Source: Octopus bimaculoides
Taxonomy: Eukaryota
Length of the DNA stretch: 33,979 nucleotides
Direction: 5' to 3'
NCBI RefSeq assembly: GCF_001194135.2
Contig: NC_068999.1
Location: 31,324,654 to 31,358,632, forward strand
In this document: one piece after another, positions 1 through 11,010 of the stretch
Position numbering within the stretch: position 1 is the stretch's first letter
Layout of the letters: each line of letters starts with the position of its first letter
Program-made: the position numbers and the translations under genes
Notes under the pieces: generated by a model
Databases searched by the model: none
Seen by the model: only the letters and a program-made list of their open reading frames with translations
Told to the model about the DNA's origin: nothing

Positions 1-24
1 AGAGATTGATAGATAGATAGATAA

Positions 25-74
<50 letters not shown>

Positions 75-150
75 GCATACATACATGCATACATACATAC
101 ATACATACATACAGATAGATGGATGGATGCACACACACACACACACGTGG
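1..150. repeat. Compound microsatellite (AGAT)n/(ACAT)n/(AC)n
   Basis: Tandem tetranucleotide and dinucleotide runs read directly from the sequence. Confidence 0.95.
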
Positions 151-689
151 ATGTACAATGTGTACACCAACAACAAGCATGATGTAACTGGAAAGGAAAG
201 TAACAAGGTCTAACCACATCTTTAGTCCTGTTAGAAATAAACAAATCAAGAGAATTGCCATAGCAACATGCTACACTTGAACAATAAAGTACATCTTCAA
301 TGAGCCGACCAACTTTCTTGCTTTTAACTTACAAAATAAGCCTGAAGACAGACAATAATTCTGGGATATTTACCATGATAATCATCACTGCTATAGTTTT
401 ACATGGTTCTTTAGCAGAGGCCAACATGTAAAGGATGATTCTGGATGTATTGCATGATTCTGAACTTATCACTGTTCAATCTGCTGTGTACATCCTTGGG
501 GCTTTCTTGTTTTACAAGAATAGACTTCAGCATTTACGCATACTCATATACGCGTATACGTATGATACATGTGTATTCAAATGCCTAGACATGTATTCGC
601 ACTAAACATGCATATGTATGTCATCTATGCGCACACTCGCATGTGCACACACACACACACTTATATAAATATATATATGTATGTGTGTG

Positions 690-892
690 TGTGCCTTTGT
701 GTCTGTTTGTCCCCCCGCAGTTGCTTGACAACTGGCATTGGTGTGCTTATGCCACTGTTACCCAACAGTTCAGCAAAAGAGAATGATATTATAAGTGCCA
801 AGTTTTAAAAAAGAAGTACTGAGGTTGATTCATTCAACTAAAGCTTTTTGAAGGCATGGCCACAGTCTAATGACTGAAACAAGGAAAATATA
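690..892 (+). mobile_element. 3' half of SINE family A
   Basis: tgtctgtttgtcccccc...gcttgacaa...aagtactgaggttgatt...gcatggccacagtctaatgactgaaacaag is colinear with the 3' half of the copy at 32279-32690. Confidence 0.8.
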
Positions 893-904
893 TGTATATG
901 TGTG

Positions 905-1867
905 NNNNNNNNNNNNNNNNNNNNNNNNNNNNNNNNNNNNNNNNNNNNNNNNNNNNNNNNNNNNNNNNNNNNNNNNNNNNNNNNNNNNNNNNNNNNNNNN
1001 NNNNNNNNNNNNNNNNNNNNNNNNNNNNNNNNNNNNNNNNNNNNNNNNNNNNNNNNNNNNNNNNNNNNNNNNNNNNNNNNNNNNNNNNNNNNNNNNNNNN
1101 NNNNNNNNNNNNNNNNNNNNNNNNNNNNNNNNNNNNNNNNNNNNNNNNNNNNNNNNNNNNNNNNNNNNNNNNNNNNNNNNNNNNNNNNNNNNNNNNNNNN
1201 NNNNNNNNNNNNNNNNNNNNNNNNNNNNNNNNNNNNNNNNNNNNNNNNNNNNNNNNNNNNNNNNNNNNNNNNNNNNNNNNNNNNNNNNNNNNNNNNNNNN
1301 NNNNNNNNNNNNNNNNNNNNNNNNNNNNNNNNNNNNNNNNNNNNNNNNNNNNNNNNNNNNNNNNNNNNNNNNNNNNNNNNNNNNNNNNNNNNNNNNNNNN
1401 NNNNNNNNNNNNNNNNNNNNNNNNNNNNNNNNNNNNNNNNNNNNNNNNNNNNNNNNNNNNNNNNNNNNNNNNNNNNNNNNNNNNNNNNNNNNNNNNNNNN
1501 NNNNNNNNNNNNNNNNNNNNNNNNNNNNNNNNNNNNNNNNNNNNNNNNNNNNNNNNNNNNNNNNNNNNNNNNNNNNNNNNNNNNNNNNNNNNNNNNNNNN
1601 NNNNNNNNNNNNNNNNNNNNNNNNNNNNNNNNNNNNNNNNNNNNNNNNNNNNNNNNNNNNNNNNNNNNNNNNNNNNNNNNNNNNNNNNNNNNNNNNNNNN
1701 NNNNNNNNNNNNNNNNNNNNNNNNNNNNNNNNNNNNNNNNNNNNNNNNNNNNNNNNNNNNNNNNNNNNNNNNNNNNNNNNNNNNNNNNNNNNNNNNNNNN
1801 NNNNNNNNNNNNNNNNNNNNNNNNNNNNNNNNNNNNNNNNNNNNNNNNNNNNNNNNNNNNNNNNNNN
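905..1867. other. Assembly gap (N run)
   Basis: Run of N. ORFs spanning it are artefacts. Confidence 1.
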
Positions 1868-1940
1868 AATCCTGACTCTAAAACCACCAGGATTTAACTG
1901 CTATTTTTTCAGCGTGGTGGTATCTCTTGATACCCTGTAT

Positions 1941-1985
<45 letters not shown>

Positions 1986-1997
1986 ATATTTGGCATA

Positions 1998-2369
1998 TCC
2001 TATCTCTTCTATCTTTTCTCTTGTCAAAGCAAATATTTATCCAGTGTTTGCTATTTTTTTTACCTCCGTCTGGTCTAACGACCCTCCATGTTTGTTTTTG
2101 TTTTGTTTCCTTGCATGTCTCCACTGCTATCCTGTTTTTGTTATCAACTTTGACCTTCCATAAAATCCCAAATTTAATTTGGCTTTCATGGGAGCAACTG
2201 CCTGTGAAGACTCATATTGCTGTTCAATGCTCGAAATGAAGAGTAGAGAGCCAGCCAACAACTGATGAAGAGTCATTCTTTATGCTACTTGTCCTGTTTT
2301 CCATTTGTTTCTCTTCTTGTTTGCGTATTCAACTTATTTGTTTTCGTATTTCATGTTGTTTACTGTTTG
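1998..2369 (+). repeat. Dispersed repeat family H, copy 1 (unclassified)
   Basis: Reverse complement of 4103-4472 by eye, e.g. gttttcgtatttcatgttgtttactgttt vs aaacagtaaacaacatgaaatatgaaaac, and gaagactcatattg shared on opposite strands. Confidence 0.75.
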
Positions 2370-2521
2370 TGACGTCCTGTACCCATATATGCATGTATAT
2401 ATATAAAGTCAAGAAAACAGACAGGTTTGTTCTACATCAACTGAATGAGATTCAAAAAAAAAAAAGAAAACAGACGAAGTGTGCTACTTATTGCTTTCTT
2501 GACTGGAAAAAGAACATTTTT

Positions 2522-2554
<33 letters not shown>

Positions 2555-2563
2555 GATGATGAT

Positions 2564-2617
2564 GTCCAACCCATGGTAGCATGGAAAGCGGACATTAAAT
2601 GATAATGATGATGATGA

Positions 2618-2620
<3 letters not shown>
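2564..2620 (+). mobile_element. RTE LINE extreme 3' tail with (GAT)n
   Basis: gtccaacccatggtagcatggaaagcggacattaaatgataatgatgatg is the reverse complement of the tail at 11448 and 19337. Confidence 0.8.
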
Positions 2621-2666
<46 letters not shown>

Positions 2667-2744
2667 TATATATCTTTATATATATAGATGTATATGTATG
2701 TGTGTATGTATGTATATATATGCATATATATATATATATATATA

Positions 2745-2910
2745 TCATCATCATCATCATCGTTTAACATCCGCCCTCCATGCTAGCACGGGTTGGACGA
2801 TTTGACTGAGGACTGGGGAAACTGGATGGCAACACCAGGCTCCAATCTGATTTTGCAGAGTTTCTACAGCTGGATGCCCTTCCTAACGCCAACCACTCAG
2901 AGAGTGTAGT
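2745..2910 (-). mobile_element. RTE LINE 3' end fragment (5'-truncated)
   Basis: (CAT)n cgtttaacatccgc...ctggatgcccttcctaacgccaaccac matches 11448-11610 and 19337-19500. Confidence 0.85.
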
Positions 2911-3291
2911 CACTAAGCAAAAACATTCAAAGTAAGATATCACTTCTGTTAATATCATCTGCAATGAATATTATTAAGTGATGATATTAACAGCAGTAGT
3001 ATAGGTGGTTCAAGACTAATAGCATTATATAGCTATATAGCTAATAGCATTATATAGCTATATAGCTATAAAATTTAAAGTTAGCATAAGGCATGAGAAT
3101 GTGGAAACCACATCAACCTGTTTAAAAAATAGGAGCTACATTCTTAATTCAACTGCCGGAAAGCACCAAATAACAGAAATGCAACAGTAGGCGAGGAAAC
3201 GGATAAAGAATTAAAACATTAAAAAAGCATACCTTTAAAGAATATACCCTTCAGATACTCATTTACAATGGTTTCGGGTTCTATATATATA

Positions 3292-3555
3292 TTTTATTCT
3301 TTTCCTTGTTTCAGTAATTTGACTGTGGCCATGCTAGAGCACTGCCTTAAAGGAGTTTCAGTTGAAGAAATCAACCTCAGGACTTATTCTTTGTAAGCCT
3401 AGTACTTATTCTATCAGTCTCTTTTGCCAAACTACTAAGTTATGGGAATGTAAACACGCCAACATCCCCATAATTGTCAAGCAATTGTATATGTGTGTGT
3501 GGGGGGGGGACAAACACAAAGACCCATATACATATAAATACACACACACACACAC

Positions 3556-3588
<33 letters not shown>

Positions 3589-3783
3589 TGTATGTATGTA
3601 TGTATGTATAAATGTATGTATACAAAGAGCCTCTTCCAGTTTCCGTCTGCCAAATTCACTCACAAGGCTTTGGTTAGCCCTAGGCTATAGTAGAAAACAC
3701 TTGCCCAAGGTGCCACACAGTGGCACTGAACCCAGAACCATATGGCTGCGAAGCAAACTTCTCACCACACAGCCACACCTGCA
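3292..3783 (-). mobile_element. tRNA-derived SINE family A, near full length, with internal (TATG)n
   Basis: Reverse complement of 32279-32690. Head gtggctgtgtggtgag...gggttcagtgcc has A/B-box-like motifs followed by ccttgggcaagtg. Confidence 0.85.
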
Positions 3784-3804
3784 AGAAATGACTCACTTTA
3801 TCAT

Positions 3805-4075
3805 TTTTTGTTTTAAACCTGGTACTTATTCTATCAGTTTTTTGTTGTCACCAACACCAGCCATGAAACATAAAGGCACGTACTCACAAACACACACTCA
3901 AACACACAAACATATATGTATGATGGGCTTCTTTCAGGTTCCATCAACCAAATCCACTCACAAGTGTTTGGCTGGTCTGGGGAATATAATAGAAAACACT
4001 TGTCCAAGATGCCACATAATGGGACTGAACACAAAACCATGTGGTTAGGACTCAAACGTCTTACCACACAACCAT
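3805..4075 (-). mobile_element. SINE family A, second tandem copy, 3'-truncated and more diverged
   Basis: ccactcacaag...tagaaaacacttgtccaagatgccac...cttaccacacaacca is colinear with 3640-3780. Confidence 0.8.
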
Positions 4076-4102
4076 ATTTTGTGCCTATGATTGTATTTAC
4101 AG

Positions 4103-4472
4103 TAAACAGTAAACAACATGAAATATGAAAACAAATGAGCTGAATACGCAAATAACAAGATAAAAAAGGACAAGTAATACAAAGAATACAAAGAACGACC
4201 CTTCATCAGTTGTCAGTTGTCTAACCCTAACCCCATTTTGAGCACTCAGTGACAATATGAGTCTTCGAAGACAGTTTTCCCCATAAATACCAAAATTAAT
4301 TTTTGGATTTATGGAGGGTCAAAGTTGGGAACAAAAACATGACAGTGGAGACATATAAGGAAACCAAGCAAAAACAAACACGGAGGGTTGTTAGCCCCAA
4401 ATGAGGGGAAAATAGTGAATGCTAAGAGAAATGTTTTCTTTGAAAAGAGAAAAAATAGAAGAGAGAGATAGG
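4103..4472 (-). repeat. Dispersed repeat family H, copy 2 (inverted relative to 1998-2369)
   Basis: Reverse-complement similarity to copy 1 along about 370 bp. Confidence 0.75.
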
Positions 4473-4719
4473 AGACGTCCAGTCCTTAGAACATCAGTGC
4501 AGGAAAAGAAAGACGGTCACGTGAGGAAAAGAAAGATGGATGATGGTCATGTGTGAGTAATGAGAGAGAGAAAAAGAGAAAGAGGAGGAGAGAAAGACAG
4601 ACGGATAGAAAACGGTGAAAGAGGGAAAAAGGGAATTAGAGAAGGATGGAGGAGAAAACAGTATAGAGTAGAGTCGCATCAAAAAGGTTAAGATAAACTT
4701 ACTTGGAAATATACATATA

Positions 4720-5962
4720 TTAGGTTGTTTCACATGAAATATCATATTTGAAAGGTAACAATAAAATGTTTCAGAAGTATTAGAGAGCTGATTTATTTGA
4801 TCAAAGTATGTTCATTTATGATATTTACCCAATGTTTCTCTGTCATATATTCAATCTTTAAAAAAAATTCATCTTTCGTTGTGATAAACTGTCCGAATGC
4901 TTCAATTGTCTCTTCTCTATTTAAGAATGCTTTATTGCTTATGAAAAGCTCAAACTGATAAGTGATGATCAGTAGGAGAGATGATCAGTAGGAGAGATAT
5001 CAGGGGAATAGGGAGGATATTGCAAAATCTCATAATTCAGGCTTTGTAACTTTTGGACTGTAGCTTGAGGAATGTGAGGACATGCATTGTCATGGAGCAA
5101 AATTAGGCCATCTCTGTTCACTGGTCTGGGTTGCTTCTTTTTCAAATACTCATGCATACAAGCAATTTCCGATGTTGCTGTTAGTGTTTTTCCTTGTTGC
5201 AAAAATGAATAATGAATAACTCCCTTCGCAGACTACCATACAGTGACCACTAACTTTTTAGGGTGCAATGGTGGGTTTGGGTAGCGTTCAGGTGACTCCC
5301 CTGCATCTGGTCACTGTCTTGTTCTCCTGCTATTGTCAAAGAGTATCCATTTCTCATCACAAGTAATGATTTGATGCAAAAATGTTCTTTTTCCAATCAA
5401 GAAAGCAATAAGCAGCTCACTTCATCTGGGTTTTTTTTTAATCTTGTTCAGTTGATGTGGAACAAACCTATCTGTTTTCTTGACTTTTCTAATTTTTTTA
5501 CAGGTGTCCAAAAACAGTTGTGCAAGATGTTTGGAGTTCTGATGAAAGTTTTCGAACCTTTGTTCTCGGATTTTGTTCAGCAAAAGCATTTACTCCATGA
5601 TGCCAAATAACTGATTTTGGCCTACCCCTTGGTTTATTTTCAAGGCTATCATCACTTGAATGAGAGCTTCGGAACCATCTCTGAACGGTTCTGATGTCAA
5701 CAAAACCATTACCAAAGGCCTGCTTGATATTCCATAGCACTTCTGCAGCAGAGTGACCCAGTTTCTACTCATACAAGATAACCACTCAATATAGTTTGAT
5801 TGTTATCCTTTTCATAGGGTCTGTGGGTACGAATTTTGTATACCAATATTGTTGGGAAAGAAAAAGAGTCAAAGATCAAAAGCAAGGTATACATAGTTGG
5901 GTGTTTAAATGACTGAAATAACAAGTAATTAAAAATGCGACATTTCATGTGAAGCAACCTAA
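4720..5962 (-). mobile_element. Mariner DNA transposon, full length (1243 bp), decayed transposase
   Basis: TIRs ttaggttgtttcacatgaaatatcatattt and the reverse complement of aaatgcgacatttcatgtgaagcaacctaa match 26/30. TA on both flanks (4718-19, 5963-64). Minus-strand motifs TVQRWF...RGRP, IITCDEKWILFDN, HDNACPH and PPYSPDISPTD, with stops and frameshifts. Confidence 0.95.
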
Positions 5963-6190
5963 TATATTGTTAAAAGATCAAAAACCGGGCCATATCCTTC
6001 CATATTTATGGGAGACCCTTGGTTTCCATAAAATATATAGACGTGTTGTGCTGGTCAGCTATTTAACAGAAACCACGAGGTCACTGTGGAAAACTTTGGT
6101 CAGGCAGAGAAAAAAGATAAAAGATCAAGAACCGAGGTCAAATCTTAGAGTGTGCTTCTCCTCTGGATTTACGTATTTCTACAAATGATT

Positions 6191-6228
<38 letters not shown>

Positions 6229-6394
6229 NNNNNNNNNNNNNNNNNNNNNNNNNNNNNNNNNNNNNNNNNNNNNNNNNNNNNNNNNNNNNNNNNNNNNNNN
6301 NNNNNNNNNNNNNNNNNNNNNNNNNNNNNNNNNNNNNNNNNNNNNNNNNNNNNNNNNNNNNNNNNNNNNNNNNNNNNNNNNNNNNNNNNNNNNN
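6229..6394. other. Assembly gap (N run) next to (TA)n
   Basis: Run of N. Confidence 1.
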
Positions 6395-6442
6395 CAAATG
6401 AAAGACAGAAGATGGAATTTATGAGAATTTTTTTTATTGTTA

Positions 6443-6548
6443 ATCATGACAACTGTTTCGATACATCTAGCATCGATTCCTCTTGGGTGGGAGACTCAAC
6501 AACTGGTTCAAGAGCATCCGGTGGTGCAGATGTATCTCGTTAGGTGAT
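6443..6548 (-). ncRNA. Type I hammerhead ribozyme motif, degenerate (probably inactive)
   Basis: Minus strand reads AUCAC-CUAACGA-GAUACAUC-[61 nt]-GAUGUAUC-GAAAC-AGUU-GUC-AUGAU. It has a perfect 8-bp helix II, GAAA, a GUC triplet, 4/5 helix I pairing and one core change (CUGANGA to CUAACGA). Confidence 0.7.
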
Positions 6549-7845
6549 AAATAAATACAACTCATTAAAATGACTATGTATATATGTATATGTATATCCA
6601 AATGATGTGTGTATGTGAATGTGTGCATGCATATGTGCATGCGTGTGCGTATGTGGGTGGGGGGGGGTATTTTCATATATTAGACGAATAGATCTGTATA
6701 TATACATAGCTCAGAAATGTTTATTTATCTGTATATACTTATATATGTATATTAAGGGTCTGTGTGCATAATGTAAAGGAAATTAAATTAGCAGTTAATA
6801 TAAATGCACTAATTTTCGGTTTATGAAAATTAAGTTAGGAAGCAGTTAATCTTTTCCCATTTTAATCAGATTTATCTTTTAAATTTTGCCTATGAGGAAA
6901 GAAGCATGAGTATGCAATATCTATTGTATTTTGAAAGCTCTGCTTCAAATTTAGACATTATCACAGTTTTTATTGATTAGTGTTGACTTGGATAGAAGAA
7001 TCTTGAGAGATTCAAAAGTACAGAGCTGACAAGTTTTTTGCTGCTTAAGAAGGATTTCGCAAATACAATAATGTTTCAGTTGATATTATAGGGTGTGTGA
7101 CTAGACTTTAGTAGCAGGATGTAACTTGTTGAGGAGTTATCTGTTTTTTTTTTTTACTTTCTTAATTAGATTGTTGAAAGAGCTTGTAATATGTTTTTTT
7201 TAAATGTACAGGCTGTTAGACATATGTAACACCTATTAATGACACTGGTATGTACGTTGCAGAGTAAACAATTTCTCCATGCATGTGTAGAAGTTTGGGT
7301 TAATGCACTTACATATCTGGGAGCTAGCAATTGGGGCAGAAAGCTTCAATAAGTTAACATTATATGATGTATTCAAAATTGCTGGTAGGAGAGTATGATA
7401 GTTTGACATTTTATGTTTAGTAGTTTTGTCAGACTGACGCATTGACTGGAAGTGTTTACAAAAGAGGTGAAAGTAAAATTTGGCAACTGATGAAGATATA
7501 ATCAAGTAGAATGGTTGACTGCATCAGACCACATTTGTGTTTCTATTTGTTGGAAGGGATTGACATATTCCAGATGTATTAAACTTTTTTTCCTATATCA
7601 CTTTTTAGTTGATATTTCATTATATTGAAGACCAGGAAAGTCTAAAAGAGATACTTTTCTTTTAAATCCTAATATTACTTCAAGGATATTCAGTAGGCTT
7701 TATAAACAGTTTGTAAGAGGAGTTTTCCAGATACAAAGTTACATTGAGGAAATTAACTTCTTTTAGATGTACTTTATTGGTAATGGAAAATCTACTTTCA
7801 TAAGCAGATGCAAACAAACTGGTATAGACATTCATATCCATACAC

Positions 7846-8105
7846 ATGATGATGATGATGATGACAATGATGAAAATGACTGCAATTCTGGTGATAAAGA
7901 TGATTGTAGTGGTGGTGGTTGTGATGGTGATGGTAATGGTGGTGGTGATGCTGATGATAGGAATGTTAATGAAAACAATGATAAATAGAAGGGTGATGAA
8001 ACTGATAATGATGATAAGAGTAACAACGATGAGGATAATGACGATGATGAAGAGGAGTAGGAGAAGGTGAAAGATGGTGATGGTGGTGATGTAAATGATA
8101 CTGAT
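7846..8105. repeat. Degenerate (GAT)n/(GGT)n trinucleotide repeat
   Basis: Visible tandem repeats. They explain the poly-D, poly-M and poly-S ORFs here. Confidence 0.9.
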
Positions 8106-8344
8106 GATGTTCGTAGTGAAATGTTACAGTTGGTGATTATTCAGTTGATAAATGTGACAGAGATGCAAGTTAAATTCATTAGAGTGGATATAAGAATACT
8201 CTGCAAACCTAATGAGCCAAACTTTAATTAATTCATAACATTAAACCCCATTTAATTGAAATCATACAAAATTAGCACAAATTTAATTAAACAGTAGATA
8301 TTTTAACTACATTTGATTAAAACCTATATAGTTAGAGCCAACAA

Positions 8345-8515
8345 GGGAGTCTCTGTGACATTGTTCAATTTGTTGGAAATAGCAGCCAACCAGTGCTCCA
8401 ATCCCACCCTTTTGTCTAAAAAGATGGAAGAAGGATTCATTGGACAATACATATACATTAGGTCATGGCTGGAATGCTTTTGATCCTTGGGCTGACCTGG
8501 TGCAAATATTGTTCA
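8345..8515 (+). repeat. Dispersed repeat family F fragment (SINE-like)
   Basis: gttggaaatagcagccaa and ggtcatggctggaatgcttttgatc match the reverse complement of 24945-25160. Confidence 0.55.
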
Positions 8516-8898
8516 GCATCCTATATAGTTAAACCACAAGTAATTAAAACCTATATAATTAGACTATATTTAATTAATGATGTAGTAAGGCATATACACG
8601 TCATACAAATTTGCATGCATTGACCACATCTGGTTAATTTATTTGAAAATAGCCCATATTCAGATGATGTCTAATTAAAATGTTATAATTTAGACAGATA
8701 TAGACTCTGTTACATCACCACTGCTTTAACATTTAGCTTGTTCTTGATGGCATGGGTTAGATAGGTCTGCAGATCAGTTTTTTCTAAATGATTCACTCTT
8801 GTGTCACTAGCCTTGTGACACCCAATATTCTTAATGCTGATATATCTGTTTCTCTCCAAGTCACAGTTTTCATCCAGCAGGTATAATTCCAACATGTA

Positions 8899-9808
8899 TT
8901 GGGTCATGCCATAAATAATGTGGATTAAAAAAAAAAAAATTTTATTCTTTAAAATTAAGATAAACAAAGATCATTTTAAATCTAAAATATACTCTCCTTC
9001 ATTTTCTACAATGCACTTCCATCTTTCTGGTAGACTTGCAAGGCCCCTCTTCCAAAATTAACTTGTCTGTGATGAAAAATACTCCCCCAGTACTGTTCTG
9101 ACCTCGTCTGCAGGATTCATATTTGTTCCGTCCAAATGATTTTGAAGACTGCGGAAAAAATGATAACCAGATGGGGCAATGTCCACCAGTATGGTTAGTA
9201 GGGCATCGTTTTTCATTCAAACTGCTCCAGCCTTTGGAACGTCTTCCTTGCTGTGTGTGATCAAGCATTATCCCGATGGAAGAACACCTGTTGTCTTGAA
9301 ACCAAAGAAGGTCGTTTTTCTATGACATGCAGGTGTCGATGAATGGTTAAATGATCAAATCCAAGCATCTCTGCTAGTTCCTCAATAGTTATGATGGGGT
9401 TTTGCTCCCCCAGGGTTTGCAGGATGACAGATCTTCCAGGAGGAGGCTTGTCTTCCAGGCTTTAGTTTCTGGCTTGGAATTTCTGGAATCACCATTGACA
9501 CTGGCTTATGCTTATTGTCTGAGCCCCGTATACTGCATTAGTATTCCTCACACTTTCCATTGCATTGTTGCTTTGTTGAACTCATAAAGCAAAATATGGC
9601 AATTATGCTCCTTTGTCACTTCCATTATAGCTTTGAAAAAATAACTGTTAAAATTGAACTGCACTCTTCAAAACTTGCATTAAGAATAAGGACAAGGCAA
9701 AATTACTACCTGCTTTTATAGTAAGTTGATGTAAGTAGTTTATCCCATCCCCATCCAACTTTTAGTTCATGCAATTGAATAAACTGCATTATTTATGGGA
9801 TGACCCAA
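8899..9808 (-). mobile_element. Mariner transposon, internally deleted (910 bp), second subfamily
   Basis: TIRs ttgggtcatgccataaataatg and ttgggtcatcccataaataatg match 21/22, with TA flanks at 8897-98 and 9809-10. N-terminal HILLYEFNK...ELAEMLGFDHLTIHRHL is fused directly to KRPSLVSRQQVFFHRDNA*SHTA. Confidence 0.9.
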
Positions 9809-10139
9809 TATCATCGATCATCACTTCTGCATAAACCAATCAATACCATTCATCATCTTGAACCTCTCTCAGTTCACATAAGATATATATATATAAAAAA
9901 GAAAGCTATTGTATTGTAGATTACGAAATTCCTGTGACATGTTGATGCAAAGCACTAAAATGGTTTTTACAATTCCATGATTAATTAAGGAATATTCCAG
10001 TTTCTCAGTCATCCACTTCTGTTGGCAACTTCATACAAATCTTTATTGACATAATAACTTCATTTTTCTAACCAAATCTTGCAAGGAAACCTATTAGAAG
10101 GTTAGAAGTTCTAACCTATCTTCTTATTTTCACACCCAG

Positions 10140-10311
10140 GTACTGTAAGAACATAAACTCTTCAGCAAGTCTACTGTTATCTTCTGGAATATTTCTAGAT
10201 TATCAAAATAGGATGAAATTTAGTTCTTGCATTCCTGGTTTAGAATCAATGCTTATTTCTTTAATTTCTTATATTTTTTCTTATATTCTCCCAATCTTTG
10301 GTTATTTCAAA
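10140..10311 (+). CDS. Candidate internal coding exon of an unknown hydrophobic protein
   Basis: Acceptor ttcttattttcacacccAG and donor AAA|GTAAGT bound an open frame YCKNINSSASLLLSSGIFLDYQNRMKFSSCIPGLESMLISLISYIFSYILPIFGYFK. No recognisable homology, and AT-rich DNA readily gives hydrophobic frames. Confidence 0.25.
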
Positions 10312-10884
10312 GTAAGTAAAGTATCTTTTATGCAATTACAATCACAGAAGAATCAATATATATTCCCCACTCCTACCATACCAAAAAAAAAAAAGAAATT
10401 CTATTATAGCATTTTGTAAAATATGCTGAGAATAAATTTAAATAGATGCATTTTAGAGAAAATATGTTCTATAAAAAAAAACTACTATGGTAAATTTCTT
10501 GGTAATTTGGATGAAAAATATTAGTTTTTAAAGAAAAAAGTTTCTTTTGAAAAATGTACCAAGAAAAATCTACATGCCATTACTTTCAGAACAGTGTTAG
10601 AGCACAAGTTTTGTACCTTTTATTACAGCAAACAAATGTGTATAAAGTGGCCGATCTATGCATTTCATATAACCCATACACTCCAAACTAAGCCATTGAT
10701 TAAGATTTTGTGGCAACACATTTTATAAAATATAAAATATGTATGAAATATTTACAAATGATAATCTTGTTTTTAACTAATCCAACTAATTTATCAAGAT
10801 ATTTCAAGCTGCAACAGAAATTTATTAGATTTATCACAGTCACTAACAAATGTCTTGTTCATACTAACTCATAGCCCTGTAATA

Positions 10885-10910
10885 TTTATTATTATTATTA
10901 TTATTATTAT

Positions 10911-10951
<41 letters not shown>

Positions 10952-10965
10952 ATAGTAGTAGTAGT

Positions 10966-10997
<32 letters not shown>

Positions 10998-11010
10998 CAG
11001 CAGCAGCTGT
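10885..11010. repeat. Compound microsatellite (ATT)n-(AGT)n-(AGC)n
   Basis: Visible tandem repeats. Confidence 0.95.

Noticed and set aside
838-2078. Long ORFs of 327-402 aa, and similar ORFs at 6152-6447, 12467-13277 (+) and 21065-21697
   Set aside because: They consist mostly of N-gap codons and are artefacts.
2195-2275. Possible hammerhead in family H (ctgtgaagactc...ctcgaaa and ctgatgaag)
   Set aside because: Core and GAAA motifs are not in a consistent order with pairable helices in both copies, and no NUH plus helix I could be built.
2432-2805. ORFs rich in IY, HT, ER, poly-M, poly-S, poly-N or poly-L here and at 3406-3663, 7767-8070, 10855-11092, 24231-24422, 29619-29973 and 31600-31797
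   Set aside because: They are translations of microsatellites or SINE interiors, with no domain signal.
7218-7253. AG/GT-bounded 36-nt segment with good splice signals
   Set aside because: Stop codons in all three frames and no other support.
7776-7800. GNGKST as a P-loop
   Set aside because: Lacks the first Gly of GxxxxGK[ST] and has no surrounding NTPase context.
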